In this document: positions 1 through 14,652 of the stretch, piece by piece
Position numbering within the stretch: position 1 is the stretch's first letter
How the letters are laid out: each line of letters opens with the position of its first letter
NCBI RefSeq assembly: GCF_020745735.1
Contig: NC_083401.1
Location: 131,375,740 to 131,439,739 of the forward strand
Origin: Hemiscyllium ocellatum
Taxonomy: Eukaryota
DNA length: 64,000 nucleotides
Direction: 5' to 3'
Notes under the pieces: generated by a model
The model's input: the letters and a program-made list of their open reading frames with translations, nothing else
Told to the model about the DNA's origin: nothing
Database searches by the model: none
Position numbers and translations under genes: made by a program

Positions 1-1374
1 AAACAAGCCATTTGCCCATCAAGTCTGTCCAGACAATCAGTGAGATCCTGATCTATCTGATAATTCTCAATACTTTCCCACCTTTTCCCTTTAACTCCTG
101 ATACCCTTACTGATTGAAAATCCATCTATTTCAGGTTGTTCATGTTTCGTGAGTTGACAAAGAAAAATGTTAATCATTACTCAATGCAAGAAGAGTTAGG
201 AACATTACACATATACATACATATTATAAACAAAGAAATGACTCCACAAAGACAAAAGACAAAAACAATCTCTGAATTGTTTGCAAAGATCAGGTAGTTG
301 AACATTGCAGCCAATACATTAGAGAATACTGTTCACACTGATATTGATAGTTGAACAGTTTTTCACAATCTTTTGTTTAGCAGATTGATTGAGGTTCTGT
401 CGTTCAGATGCCTTTGAAACATTATTAAGTTGCAGCACTCACATTTAGAGAGAACTCATTTGTCGACCTCTTCCCATTTGTCTAGCTGCCAGGTAGCTGA
501 CTTTTAATACTCAGAGTGGAAGACAGTCTTTACCTGCAACACAGGGGTCACTTGAGAATGGTTCTTTGGCTGTGACTTCAAATATTCATGTGCTGTGAAA
601 GTCACACCCAAAGAACCATTCTAGATTAAAGCTGGCTCTGTCCATGTCTTTCCTTCAAAGGGAAAATCACAGAGTGTGTCTCCAGTTTGGGACATACGCT
701 ACAGGCTTGCTGTTGAGCATGGAGTCATCAGCTCCATGTTATCTTTGTAGTCACAAGTGATCACCATCTAATCTGTTTTGACTTGCCTCTTCCCTCTTTG
801 AAGGGCTGCTATTTGAAGCTCTCTTTGTATCCATAGGAATGACGTGGGTCTCTCCCTTTAGCCACTTAACTTACATCTGTAGCCATTTTTGGCTGTATCA
901 GGCCTCTTTCAAAAATTACATTTTGGAACTAGAAGTTATGAAACTTTTAAGAAAACTAGGCTTCTATCAAGTGAGATAGTAGCCCTTTAGCACTGGTGTA
1001 TGATAAGTGCCCTTGACCAAAATGGCATCCATAGCGCATGCTTTTGAGATGAATTGCACTAAACGCCATGCCAATTCAGATGTTAGCATACACAGTGTGA
1101 ATGTACACAGAGGTAAACCAAGGTGACAGCTTATGGTGTCCATCCGTATGCAATTGCATGCAGAAGTACCTTTCCTTAATGACGGTCTGCCTTGTCCTAG
1201 TTTTCCAATGCAGTGCTACCCCAATGAATAGCAATTTTGGGCACAACGCTGCTTCACTCATTTGCAGCAGTATGAAGGACTACACACACTACCCCACCTG
1301 CCCTCCCCTCCAAACAATCCACCACCATCTGCGATCTGATTGTTGCTATGATTCCTGGTTTGCTACTATCTATA

Positions 1375-1602
1375 ATGAAAATAGGAAGTGCTGGAGAAAC
1401 TCAACAGACATAATAGCATCTGTGGAGAGAGTTATTTTGAGTTCAATATGATCTTCCTTAGGACTGAGGAATCAGTATTCTAAAGAAAAGTCATCCTCGA
1501 AGTATTAACTCTGTTTCTCTCTCCACAGATGTTGTCAGATCCAGGGTTTCTCCGGCACTTTCTGTTATTTCAGATTTCCAGCATTTGCAATATTTTGCTT
1601 TT
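1375..1602. mobile_element. Inverted pair of Penelope-like terminal repeats (family C)
   Basis: gtgctggagaaactc...gcatctgtggagaga faces tctctccacagatg...gtttctccggcac; degenerate hammerhead core between the arms. Confidence 0.6.
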
Positions 1603-2999
1603 ACTTGGTTCTATCTAGGATGTTCCAAGATGCAAAAGAATGATATAGCAGATGCTGAAAGACTTCAAAGCTTCTGTGTGAAGCCAGGCATTTGTGCAAT
1701 AGTAAGGAATCCCATATTCCTGGAAATGGAATGGAGGAGTGGTTGGATTAGACTCTCTCTAGCAAGAGGTAGCCAATTAACCTCATCAAAGGCCGACTTT
1801 GGCCTAGTGCTGTAAATTCTGCAGTTAGCCTCTGGGTCCCTGGGGGTCAGTGCCATGGAGGCTGCTTCCCAGCAGCAGACCTGGGTGGGGCCTACACTTT
1901 GGACAGGCAGAGGGAACAAAAAGAGTTCAAAAGCAGTACTGCTAGCCAGGACCGCTTTCTCTGGAGTTCCTTTTGCAGGCAGACAAGAATAGTTCTGACA
2001 TTTTTACTGCATCCGGTCATTTCCAGGTTGTGCGACTTTTCCCCTCTGATAGCAGCCATAGGTTATCCTACTGAGAGGTTCCACCATTACATTTTTGGTC
2101 CAGTTGCTGAAGCCATTTGCTGCATTTATATATAAGGAACATTGGCAGGACAGCGCCTCTATTTGACTAAAAAGGCGGCATGTAGTCTATTTTGATGCTT
2201 GAGGATTTTGCATTGATCCTCCAGCTTGTGAGCTGCCTTTATTTGGACAATGTGGATTCCTTCTTGCCACAAATTCATTAATTTGGGGAAAACCATAACC
2301 ACATAACTGTGTGAGCTACTGGCTTCCATTGGACCGTTCAGGCAGGATTCCCAACTTCACTGGGAAATTATCAAAATTGGGAAAGGTTAAGGATGTAACA
2401 GGTTTTGAGCAAGTGTGGAGTCAGCTAAGTAGGTGAAGGAGGGAAAGAAAACAAAAGATCTGTGCAGGGTGGGAGACAAAAGGGATTAAATGGCAGAAGA
2501 GACGAGGCGCAGCAGAGTGGTGGGACAAGGAAAGAGATAGAATATGGGTTGGAGGTGTGAGTGACAAAATCAGAAACAGCTTTCAACTGGAAACAAACAA
2601 ATGGAAAAGATAAACTGGAAGAAGAAAGGAAACAAAATGGGACAGAGATTATGGCCTGACGTTGTTGAACTTTGTACTGAATCGAAAAGGCTGAAAGTGT
2701 ATCATGGAAAGATGAGATTCTATTCCTCAAATTTCATTGGAACAATATTGGAAGTCAGACTGGGAGTGAAGCAGCAAGTTAGAATGACAGATCATGGCTC
2801 TGGGTCATGCTTGTGGTCTGGTCAGAGGTGTTCTGGAAAGCCAGTCCAGGTAAGGATGGTGGTTTTCCCTCCAGAAGAGACCTTAGTGAACCAAATACCA
2901 ATCAATAGCACTTACATGATTAGCATTAGACCAAATTAATAAATTACACGAAGTCCTGCTATCTAAGGGATTTTAGAGAGCACATGTCCTACCAACATT

Positions 3000-3375
3000 T
3001 CACCAAAGTTCAATGTCTGAGGCAACTAAGGAAGCTGTTACAGAACTGTGCCACTTCTTTCACCCTGGCATCAAGTCAAGGATGGCACAGCCAGTGACTG
3101 TAAAGGTCATAGTGGCACTAATTTACTGCATGTTTGGATCTTTCCAGGTAGGACTGGGCAACACTTCTAGCAACCCTTTGTATGTTGTCTGCCCCAACAA
3201 TGGGGATGCAGTGGCTGCTGCCGAGATAATAGACATTCCTCAATATGGAATATTGTGCATTTTCACACACTGCCTGCACATTGATAGAATGCTGGCCGTT
3301 GTGGTTTCTGCCAACCACAATCGTGTGGATGTCTTTGCCTGTCCCAGTGCTCCTCCGCAATGGTGCCTTCATTGA
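3000..3375. mobile_element. PIF/Harbinger transposase relics in opposite orientations
   Basis: Plus: AVTELCH...PVTVKVIVAL...GSFQ (HTH region). Minus: HSINVQAVC...GSSH (DDE region of HARBI1-type transposases). Confidence 0.55.
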
Positions 3376-4159
3376 TTAGAGCATTACTAGGGGGGTGGGG
3401 GGAAGACTTCCACTGGGGGACACTGCAGATAGTCTTGTAGGATGACTTTAAGCAACTCTGGCATTGGCATTGGACTGCACGTCTATGTTTAGCAGCAGTC
3501 GGAGTTGGCAGGCTGAGAGTCAACACCACAGGCTCTGGCAGAGTTGTTGTGATGGTAGCATAAGGCTGCTATTTTGAGTGAAGACAGATTGTTTCATACT
3601 CCAAGGAGCCACTGTCTCTTCCCCAGGGCAGTGTCTCTTAGCAACCACAATAATCTATTGCAAGATAAAAAGTGCACAGGCAGGAGTGCCAGCAAACAGC
3701 CTTGAGTATTGAATTTCACAGCCTTGAGAGGAGGAGACTAAACCTGCATGGGAACCAGCTTGGATTGGATAGACCCTGAGCTGCATTGCTGCACTCTGAT
3801 GTATGTGTGGCTTTAGTTTTTACTGTAATGGAAAGATGAAACAGTAGGCAACCAAGCAGGTCTGCTGCTGGCATGGAGTTAGGCACCATTGCCACCGTGG
3901 AAAGGATGGGCTGGAAATTCAGAGTGATGCCCTGTGCCATGTTAGAGTTGGACCTCTCCGTGATTTTTGACAGTAACAGGATGGTGTCTAGTAGGCTTGC
4001 CAATGTATCAAACAACTTACTGAGTCTGTTTAACCACATTATTCAGTGGGTCGCCTCACTGAAGTCCTCATCAAACTCATCTGTGACCTGACCCTCACAG
4101 GAGCTGGTAGGTGAACTGACCTTACCACTGACCTGGCTATAGTCCACTTGTACCCAGTG

Positions 4160-4520
4160 GATAAAACCATGAGGGGCATGGACAGGGTAAATAGGCAAGG
4201 TCTTTTCCCCAGGGTGGGGAGAGTCCAGAACTGGAGGGTATAGGTTTAGGGTGAGAGGGGAAAGTTTTAAAAGAGACCTACGGGGCAACTTTTTCATGCA
4301 GAGGGTGGTGTATGAATGGAATGAACTGCCAGAGAAAGTGATGGAGGCTGGTACAATTGCAACATTTAGAAGGCATCTGGACGGGTATATGGATAAGAAG
4401 GGTTTAGAGGGAAATGGGCCAAATGGGACTAAATTTATATATGATAGCTGGTCGACTTGGATAAGTTGGAGTAAAGGGTCTGTTTCTGTGCTGTATATCT
4501 CTATGACTATGACTGTATGA
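4160..4520 (+). mobile_element. CR1 LINE 3' fragment
   Basis: FFMQRVVYEWNELPEKVMEAGTIATFRRHLD; tail ctctatgactatgactgtatga. Confidence 0.88.
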
Positions 4521-5292
4521 CCCATGACAGCCAGTGCTGACTCTATAGGAATGTCTAACATTTGCACAGAGTCAGTGTCTGAGTCCTTCTTCCTCGGAGG
4601 CTTAGTGAAAATTTCTTCCTCCTAGTGTGGCTGTGACTAATCATACATCTGCCCTTGGAAGTCTGAAAGTACAATATCAGATATATGAGGTTGGATGGTT
4701 AGGGGCATGGGGTGGAAGTCAAGAATATATGCTGATGCCATGTCACCATGTTGATACCATGAACAATATTCATTCCCCATGCTCATTCCATATGGTATGA
4801 ATAGGATGAGGTGTGTTGAATTGGGGTGTGAGGCAGGAGCAAGCTGTGATGTTGAAGTCTCACTGATGCATTTGTATGGCTTCTGTTCAAACTAGTTCCA
4901 TGATGTGGAGCAGCATGACGTCATTTGGGCTCAGGGGTTAAAGGTGTGCCAAGACCTTGCCAATTGCCTGCTGCTTCCATGCATTTCATGCCATCTAGTC
5001 CTGCAGGAGAAAGTGAGGACCCTCCATCATTCTGTTCTGTTGGGTTGAGTGATATGTGTGCCATGAATGAGCAGCTGGATGCAATTGGAGGCTGCAAAAG
5101 CTGACACCCTTGGGAGACTAAGGATGTGAATATTAGGCACAAGTTCTGAATGCTAGGGAGCGCCCCTGGGTGAGTGGCAGAGGTTGGTGCATTGAGCAGC
5201 ATGACAATTTAGTGGGTCCTTTGAAGATTCATTCACTGATGATCTCTGGAAGATCATTCAATTACTTCTGGCATGACTATTAAGACCTTGAG

Positions 5293-5375
5293 CTGAAAAT
5301 GTGTTGCTGGAAAAGTGCAGCAGGTCAGGCAGCATCCAAGGAGCAGGAGAATCGATGTTTCGGGCATGAGCCCTG
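5293..5375 (-). mobile_element. Penelope-like terminal repeat fragment (family A) with 13-bp TSD
   Basis: TTAAGACCTTGAG at 5280-5292 and 5376-5388. Confidence 0.75.
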
Positions 5376-6679
5376 TTAAGACCTTGAGACCAGACTCCAG
5401 TTATTGAATTCTGTGATTATTTACTTCCACTTCCTTTTAGTGTGTCCTTATGTCCTGGTTCCATGGACAAATGGTGTATTTTTCCCTGTGGACTTTGATT
5501 GCTAAGGCTTTTAGTGCCACAATGCTTTTTCTCTCCATTTGCAATGTTGGTACCAAGTAGCTGCCTCCTGTGATTCAGCATAGATTCCCTTTAAGAGGAA
5601 CATACTGCCTTTAAGAGCAGGAAGATAGTTAGAAGCTAAGGTCTCAAGCTGTTGGGTCCCCTGTTGTGTATACAACCACCATGGGTCATGCTGGGCTGCA
5701 GTCAGACATCATGAATATGAGGAGGCAGCGAATCATTAGACTGTTGTCTGCCTTAAGGTGAAAAGGCACCAGAAAATTGTCAATCTTGATTCTCAACTCA
5801 AAACACTAACCCTAATGTGGTTCACTATTTTTTATAACTTGAACAATCAATAACCAAACAAATATTCCTAGAAAAAACCAGAAAGAAAGTTTGAATAATT
5901 TTGTTATACTAAATTCCCTGCTGTTGAGTGTATTTCTAACTATAAGGTGTTTGTATTGGAATTAAATGGCCTGCCCCTGTCCTCCCCCACTTCAGTTACT
6001 CCTGGTTGAGTGAATTATTTGTGATTAAAATTATTGTATCAAATTATAACAGGGCCTTTAGTTTTCAGTAACTCATATTGAATGACAATTTTTTAAAAAA
6101 TGTTAAATCTTAGACAAAATGTTTTATTTTTTCCATACCCTTCTTATGTAAGAGAATGGCTAATATCAGTCAGTGATTCAGCTTTTATGAGCTGGAACCC
6201 ATTCATTGCTGTCTTCATCCTATTTTCATGATTTATCTTCAAAGTGAATGTCTTGAATTGAGCTGTTCTGTATAGTTCATCATTTTATCCTGCTGTGTGG
6301 AGTCTCCTGTCAAGTTTCTTCTTTGGAGACCAAAAAGTCCAGGTGGTCTTCACCTTCCCTATTTGATTTGTTCCTTGTTGATTGTGAACGTGTTGAATAC
6401 AGAGCTCAGTACTATTCCTGGGTTTTGTTGAAAATCACCTGTAAATTTCATTACTATTCTTGGAGGTTATGTCACTCAATTCCTTTTACTTGTCTGCAAT
6501 GTTTTACTGTTGACCACATCTAGTTTATTCAGAAAATGCTTTCCCTAGCAAGTATGTTATCTAATTCATTCTGGAGACCCTCAAATAACATTTTCAAGTA
6601 TGACAATCTGCTTTCGCCGGCCTGTAATTAGGCAATTTTATGAATTTGACAGTTTCACTGAGCCATGGTATTATTGTCA

Positions 6680-6985
6680 ATTGAATCTTTTTCCCAGAGT
6701 TGAGATGTCTAATACTAGGGGTATGCATTAAAGGTGAGAGGGGGAAAGTTCAAAGGAGACATGAGGGGTGGGTATTTTACACAGAGAGTAGTAGGAGTCT
6801 GAATCACACTGTTGAGGCGGTGGTGATCGAGGTATTTAAGGGAATTTTAGATAAGCACGTGATTATGGAAAGAATAAAGGGATATAGTTCAAGGGCAGGC
6901 AGAAGGGATTAACTTCATTTGGCATCATGTTTGGCACAACACCTTGGGCAAAAGGGCCCATTCCTGGGCTGTACTGTTCTATGGA
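6680..6985 (+). mobile_element. Degraded CR1 3' fragment
   Basis: Similar to other CR1 3' ends in the window (aaggtgagaggggg...ttttacacagagagt...tgtactgttctatg). Confidence 0.7.
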
Positions 6986-7589
6986 TATTGTGTGGCATAG
7001 ATCAGCGGAACTGTCTTGTCTTTTACTGTGCCATAATTCTCTTACTTAGTACCTGCTACCCGTCTGTTATACATTCGTTCCTACATTCCCATCCTTTACT
7101 TTCAGTCAGCACTGCTTTAAGCCTTTCATTTGTTACTTTGCCAAGGATTTTGTGGCTGTTTTGTTAAGAAGCAGGAAATACTCATTGGTTGGGTTGGTTT
7201 GTGAAAACTTCACCTTCACAGTTTTCTGGAACCCGCTATAAAATTTTAGACCATGTTGTGCACCAATGTGTCAATGATAGAAATGGCTACAAAAGCCATG
7301 TATCAACATTGCTACTTGGATATCCCAGATTTGAGTGTGGTATAGCAGCTTGCACTATGTTATAATGGCCTGGAATCTCCTGAATATTTTGCCATTTCAT
7401 TAATGCAGTGATGAGAAAAGAAACTATTGCTTATCTAACAAATTGTGAACTTGCATGCTTGATAGCATTTCTGGGCATTTTTATCTTTCTGCTTGTTCCA
7501 CAATTTGTGTACACTATCAATTTGCAAGCATTCATGAATACATGCCAAATATCAACTGAGCATGGATTTGAGCACAACTCTTTCTTAAA

Positions 7590-8215
7590 ACATGGAACTT
7601 GCATTTATGTGTGATCTTTCATAAACCTAGATATACACACCTGGTGTTGTGTGATTTTTAACTAAATATACACAAAGTGCTTTAAAGCCCATTAATCATT
7701 TCAAAGTGTCATCACTGCTGCAACATTGGAAACAGCCAATCATCACGTAGCACCATGCCACAAACAATAGTGACCAGATAATCCATCTTAATGATGCTGG
7801 TTAAGAGATAAATATTGACCAGGATTCTAAGGAGAGCTTTCCCATTTGTCTTCAGATATGATTTGGGGATGCTGGTGTTGGACTGGGGTGAACAAAGTAA
7901 AAGATCACACAACACCAGGTTATAGCCGAAGAGGTTTAATTGGAAGCATTAGCTTTCGGAACGCTGCTCCTTTATCAGGTGGCTGACCTGTTGAACCTGA
8001 TGAAGGAGCAGTGCTCCAAAAGATAGTGTTTCCAAGTAAACGTGTTGGACTATAACCTGGTGTTGTGTGATTTTTAACTCTGTCTTCAGATATTCCATGT
8101 TCTCTTGTGGGGTTGAAGTGAAATGTCAGTTAGCATTATGTTAAGCGTATTCAGTGGGATACGAACCCTCAATCCTCTTAAGAGGTGAGAGTACTAGCAC
8201 AGAAGCAAAGCTAAC
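7590..8215 (-). mobile_element. Old DeuSINE-like copy interrupted by two Penelope-like inserts
   Basis: tgaccagataatc...taaatattgaccagga is the reverse complement of the family seen at 8335 and 53760. Confidence 0.6.
7860..8080. mobile_element. Inverted Penelope-like terminal repeats (family B) with 13-bp TSD
   Basis: TGTCTTCAGATAT at 7847-7859 and 8081-8093; two opposed ctgat(g/a)aaggagcag motifs. Confidence 0.78.
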
Positions 8216-8334
8216 ACCTTAATCTATCAACTCAGTCATTGTTTTACTTGCTTTACTAGACAATGGGGTGTAATGGTCAGTAACATTGATTTCTCTTTTC
8301 TGTTTTTTTTTCCCCTTTCAAGTTAGGAGGCCAT

Positions 8335-8745
8335 CTCAGCTATGATTCAGTTGATAGCACTTTTGCTTTGTAGTTAAAAGATGATAGGTTCAAGTTGGCC
8401 ACCTGGGATTGAAGCATGCAATTTAGATTAGCAAACCATTGCATTACTGAGGGGCGTTGTGTTGTATCTTAGATGAAATGTTAAATATGAGGCCTCACCT
8501 CTCCTCTTAAGTGGTTTGTGAGAGATTTCTGACACCTTTTTTCAAAGAAGTTATTCTCAGTGGTCTTGCTCATATTTGTCATTCAATCAACATCACTAAA
8601 AACAGATTGTAATATTGTTCTTTGAGGGGAATTTGTCATGAATAAATTAGCAGTTGCATTTCCTACATTAAAACAGTGGCTGTAGTTCAAAATTACTTGC
8701 TTGAGTGTTTTTGGATGTCAATAGTTCTGCAGACACTGTGTTATG
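8335..8745 (+). mobile_element. Old DeuSINE (SacSINE1/AmnSINE-like)
   Basis: Degenerate tRNA head, agatgaaatgttaaatatgaggcc, and caacatcactaaaaacagatt...tttcctacattaaaacagtg. Confidence 0.65.
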
Positions 8746-11700
8746 TTTTGTTTGAAATATATATCAACCAAAAAGGTGGATTTTTTTTATTTCAGAAATA
8801 TTTTAGAGATTGATACTTGTAAAACAAACTCTATTGACAATATTAAGAGGAGTTTGTTTAGTTTAGAAGAAGCTTTCTCAGAAAGACCTCACCACGTGAT
8901 TCGATTTGACAAATTAGATCTACCACTTTGTTTTTAGCACCTGGGCAATAATCTCACAGTGTGAAGCTTCCACTTATTACAAAACCCATCTGATCCTGAT
9001 TTCACTGCTTGCAATGCAATGAAAATCTGCTGTGTTCTAGCACAGAACTGCTCTGTCAGATTAGGCAAGTGACAAAGAAAGTTTACTCCAAAAAGGGTCT
9101 GGAATTATTTTTTAACTGAGATGTCTCTTCCATAAGTAATATCTGTCATTTATTACATCAGCTGTACTCCCATCCTCCTTTCTGAACAGTCCTTCAGAAA
9201 TTATTGGTAACCTTGCATACCAATTGTTCAAGTTTGACCACTCCAGCTATGTTATAGCCTGAAAAAAATATTGCTGCCTGGATATTTATCATAACTGATG
9301 ATTTATAGTTACTGTAATTATGATAAACTGCAAAGGACCTAGTAAAGCAATATAACAGATGACAACCTCAGCACGTCCTCTTCAACGATTGCTTGCATTA
9401 ACAGTAGAACCATCAAATACACATATAAATATAATGTGTTAAATAGAATAGTGAGATCTGGATAGCATCTGTAGCCATTTGAGTTACATTAATTAACCAA
9501 AGTAGTTTTCAAGCAAATGAAGATTCATCTATGCATTTATAGTTAACACATGAAAATAAAAATGTGTTATTGCAAAATGTATATTTATTGCCATATTTCT
9601 TTCATAACAATTATTAACCTTTTCTACTGTAAAGGTTTAAGTATTTCCACTGGTAACATAATTTCATTATTGCATATGCCTTAAAATAACATTTTGGCTG
9701 TTAAAAATCTTGAGTTATTCAATAGAGAAAACAAATTAATTTCTGACCCTTTTTTGTACAATCACACAAGTAAATCTTTTAACTTACCTTTTTTGAACAG
9801 CAGAGGGCAGCTGCAGCCAGTCAAGGAATATACAGTCTCTGTCTCTGCTCAGATTTTATTCACAAACGGTTAATGTTCACTGTCCATAATTTCTGTCAAT
9901 ATTTCAGTGGGAAAGACTGCTTGAACAATGTGGCTACAAATTAATTCTAACAATTTTGTCTTGTGTGTCAGGTGTTTGTAGAATTGGTCGAGATTATACA
10001 ATAGTGTTCTTCAATATCTGTCTATTTATCGATCTATCCATCTTTAGTTGTTTATGGAAGTCTATAACCTGGATTACCTTTCACCTTTTAAAATACGTTA
10101 AAGTTTAAGACACAAAAGGTGTTTGTTTTTAAAATGAATAATTCTGGTCCTTCCCTTACTGCATTCCTCACTTCTCACCGATATCATTTGAAACCTTCAG
10201 TTGGCAAAGTGCATTACAGCAGCAGGTGAATGAGAGGTTTCTTTCATCAACTTAATTTTGATTGCTAACATGTCTAGCTAATTCTCTGAACAGTGGAGTG
10301 ACTAGCAAACTGTTTCTGTATAACATACATCCTTGCTCATGGGAACAGTTCTTGAACTTGCTCATGGAGACAAATAAAAGATTGCTTCAGTTAAAAGGCA
10401 ATATAGTTGAAGTATTCAAACTGATTCTCAATATGATCCCATTATTACAGCAATTTGCAGACATGCCTACTATTTCCAGTAAAACTAATTTAAACTATTC
10501 TAGAATGATGTTTTAGAAAATACGGCATCAGATGTATGGTTAGCTGCAAGAGCCATTACCCCCACTTTTCTGCAGCAGAGCAATCTTTCATCTTTTTAGA
10601 TATTAAAACTGTAATGTAACATTTCAATTATTGTTCAGTGTTTGCAATGTCAGGTTTTGTTGCTCAAGCTTGTGCATTAACTGAAATAAAAACAAGATAA
10701 AGATAATTAATCCTCAAAAGTTAAACTGTACATTATAATCATTTTTGTTATTGAAAATGATTTAATTTGATGATTCATTATGAAAGTGAATACTGTATAT
10801 AATCTCAGCATTTAACTTCAAATATCACTATTACGCATTTGAAAGAGCATGGAAAAGTTAGAAGTGGTTAAAAGCTGTAATAACCTCTGGTCTGTGAAGC
10901 AAATATTCTGTAAATTTGTAGCATTTCAATTTAGACACTGCTCTGCCTTTCTTCTATATCTTAGTTCTGCCTGTGAATTACTGGGAATAAAGTTGTTAAA
11001 AGCTGATCACAACAAGTCACATTCTATAGTGATGTCTTCTCAAAGATGCAGAACTCAAGTGCCTAAAGTCACATATGTTATTAATTTTAGAATCGCATGG
11101 GGTCATTTTTGTTGTCCCAACACAGGACACATGTCTGCCAGTAGTGTATATTGGGACAAACCAATATAAACTTAAAGTGAAAATTGTAATTGCTGGAAAC
11201 ACTTAGCAAGCTGAGCAGCATCTGTGGAAAGAGAAACAGAATTAATATTTCAGGTTGATATCTTTTTATCAGAACCCAGATATTTAGATATTTGGATGTG
11301 CACTACCCATGATTTTCTTTCTATTAATGCATGGGTCCCCAAACTAGTCTGCAGACCCTGAAAGCTCAGGGACAAAGTAGGTTGTTGCTGCTTGCTGTTT
11401 GTTCCATTTTAGATTCTGAAAGTTCGAATATTGTAGGTGAATACATTCTAATCCAAATTAACATATCATTCTATTTGTCGTAGCATTTGGAAAATTGACA
11501 AAGAAATGAAAAGTTGAATTGAATTTTTTATGCAGGACCAAAGTCTCTATTGTAAAGGCTCATTAAAAACATAACCATTGCTGGGTCAGTGAACGGAAAA
11601 TCATGGGGCTGCCCCTGTGAGTTCTTGCTATCTGCTCCTAATCATAAAGTTTCATTATATACTTTCAACTCTGCTTCGCACGCCTGAGATACTTTAATGT

Positions 11701-11899
11701 CACTAAACATAAATTAAGGTACACCTTTTGGTTCCATGTAGTTGACTATTTGGGACCAATTTGGCAAAAACGTTTGTAAACATTTGAAGTGAAAAAGTTG
11801 TTTTTAAGAATTTGGCCAAAGATTAAAACAGAGTTTAAAATTTGTGAGAGAAACATGCTTTCGATTTTTTTCTAGAATTACGTAATTCGATTAATTAAA

Positions 11900-13590
11900 A
11901 TGAAATGTGGTTGAACCTTGTAACAGCTTTAATTATTTATCAAGACTTAAGGTGATAGCTGCCATCTCTTTGTTCCTCATTATAACTTCTGGGCTTCTGA
12001 TTATAAGGGAGCTACCTTTGTCTTCTCTAATCTTTTCCCCTTCACATATGTATAGAAGCTTTTACAATCAGTTTTTATGTTCCTCACAAACTTGCTCTCA
12101 TGTTCTATTTTCCCATCTTAATCAATCCCTTTGTTGAAATCTAAACTGTTCCCAGTTTTCAGGTCTGCTGGGTATTTTTGGCTGATTTGTATGGGCCTTC
12201 CTTTGATCTAATACTGTTCTTAATTTCCTTTGATAGCCATGGTCAGGTCACCTTTCCTATTTTACTTTTATGCTTGACAGGAATGAACAATTGTTGTAGT
12301 TGTTCTATGTGTTCTTTAAATGTTTGTGATTACTTATTCACTATCATATCTGTAAGATTAATTTCCCAATTTATCATAGCCAAATGGTGCCCCATACCAT
12401 TGTAGTTTCCTTTATTTAGATTCAGAACCTGAATCTCAGAATTAATGTTGCTACTCTCCATCTTTCTATGATAACGTGGTCTCTCATGGGGTATGCACAG
12501 CTAGATTGCAATTATTCCTTTCTCATTACACAGTACCCAGTCTTGTTAGTTCTTCAGTGTATTGAGCCAGAAAACCATCTTGAACACACCCCAGGAATTT
12601 CTCCTCTATGGCATTGTTGCTGATTACATTGATATGAAGAGATGGGGTTATGGATATTTACTGAAAAAGGTAGGATGTGTGGGAGGGGTGGTTTTCCTCA
12701 GTGATATGTCCACTCCTGTTCCCTACACATACAAATCACTCAGCTGAGGGAAAAAAGCCATATTTCTAACTTTGGTGACAACACTAATTTGGATGATACA
12801 GTAAATAGTGTAGACAGGTACAGCCTTATGTAAAGATCCACTTTTGGAGTAAATAAGTTGGAAAATATTGTGGCAAATGTGTTCAATCCAGAACTGTTCA
12901 CTCAGAGAGAGTTCATTTACTTTGGACCTAAGCAAGACAGATGGTCATATTTTCTAAACATTTGAATTGTAAATAAGCAGAAAGAATAAGGAGTTCAAGT
13001 ATAGAAATCCTTAAAAGCTAGCGAACAAACAAAAATAATTTCAAAGGCTAATGAAAAGTTGACCTTTATTTCAAAGGGATTGGAATACAGTGGAGTGAAA
13101 ATCATGTTACAGCTGCACAGAATTCTGGTTAAAGCACCATCTGGAGTATTGTGTTCAGTTCTGGTTGCCCCATTTCTGATAGGATAAATTAGGTTTGAGG
13201 GAGTGCAGTAAAGATTCACCAAATGATATTGGCCATAAGGGTTATATTGTAATCACTGAAATGTAGAAGATGAAGGGGTGATTCAGATGAACTGTTTCAA
13301 TAGATGAAAAGCTAAAATGGTGTAAGTAAACTATTCATTTTGCAGCAGAGACAAGGAAATGGGCATATATTAAAATTTGAGCTAGATCATTCAGAGATGC
13401 TGGCAGGAAGCTTGTCTCCATACAAATGGTAATGATAGTTTAGAATTCTAACCTGCAAAATGCTGGTCAGTTCAATTGCCAACTTCAAAACTGTTTTTTT
13501 CTCTGTCAAGTAACAAGCCAAAGTGATTGGATGGAATTAAGGTATTGCTCAACAGTGATCAATTAAGCAACAAATTCAAGGGGCCTCTTC
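11900..13590. mobile_element. Old degraded CR1 pieces (about 11900-12610 minus; about 12770-13590 plus)
   Basis: ctggagtattgtgttcagttctgg (LEYCVQFW) at about 13141. Minus-strand segment resembles the CR1 endonuclease-linker region. Confidence 0.55.
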
Positions 13591-14314
13591 CTATTTTCTG
13601 ATCTGCCTACGATCACAATTGGGATATATAATATTATTAACAAAAACATACAAAGGCAGGATGGCATTTAAATAAAAGCTCCAAACTGAAGTCTAGCCAT
13701 TTTAAAACCTTTATTAAACAATGGACTGTAAATGCAAAAGTCATAAAATCAGATTCAGGCACCAATTTCTCGATTAGAAATTATCATAAATTAGATGATC
13801 TGGACTTGAAAGCTACAAATTTCTGACACTGGGCTATATTCAAATGGAACACTTTCAATCTTTGTATACTTGGTGTGAAAAGCAGGAATAATTGATGAAC
13901 TAAATGCACTAGCAGCAGAGATTTTCTGGCTGATTGGACCAAGACCTTCACTTCAATCCAAATGTGCACTCTCTAGAGAGCACTGCATGCAGCATGTGTC
14001 TGGTCAGTAAACAAAATAATTGATTGCCTGTGAAGACCTTTGGAATCCTCTTTTCAAATGGTTATTTGTTTCACAGAATATTTGTAGGATACCACAAAAG
14101 CAATTAGTTGAATTACCTCAAACTCCCTCCTGAAGAATGACTAACTCCACTGGTTGTTCATAATACATTGAAACTGCAAAGTGGTTTTATTTCAGGGGAA
14201 ATGATCATTCATTTCTGTTTCCACTGTGAGTTCTTAAGATATGTCATAAATATGCAGAGCTTCTTAAAAAAAAGTGATAGTTTTCATTGGTTTTCTGTAT
14301 TGTGGTAGCTGTAG

Positions 14315-14467
<153 letters not shown>

Positions 14468-14652
14468 TGACCTCAAGCCATAGTTTCCTGACAGTAACAG
14501 TTGAATGTTCCACAAGAATGGTACTTTAAAATGCAATTATTTTCAACTCCTTGCATTTTCCGAGAATCTGCCCTCTTGTTGTGTATTTACTTTACAAGTG
14601 TATTAGTGGAAGCCACACTTGTTTAAAATTAAATCACCAATAATAATTATTG

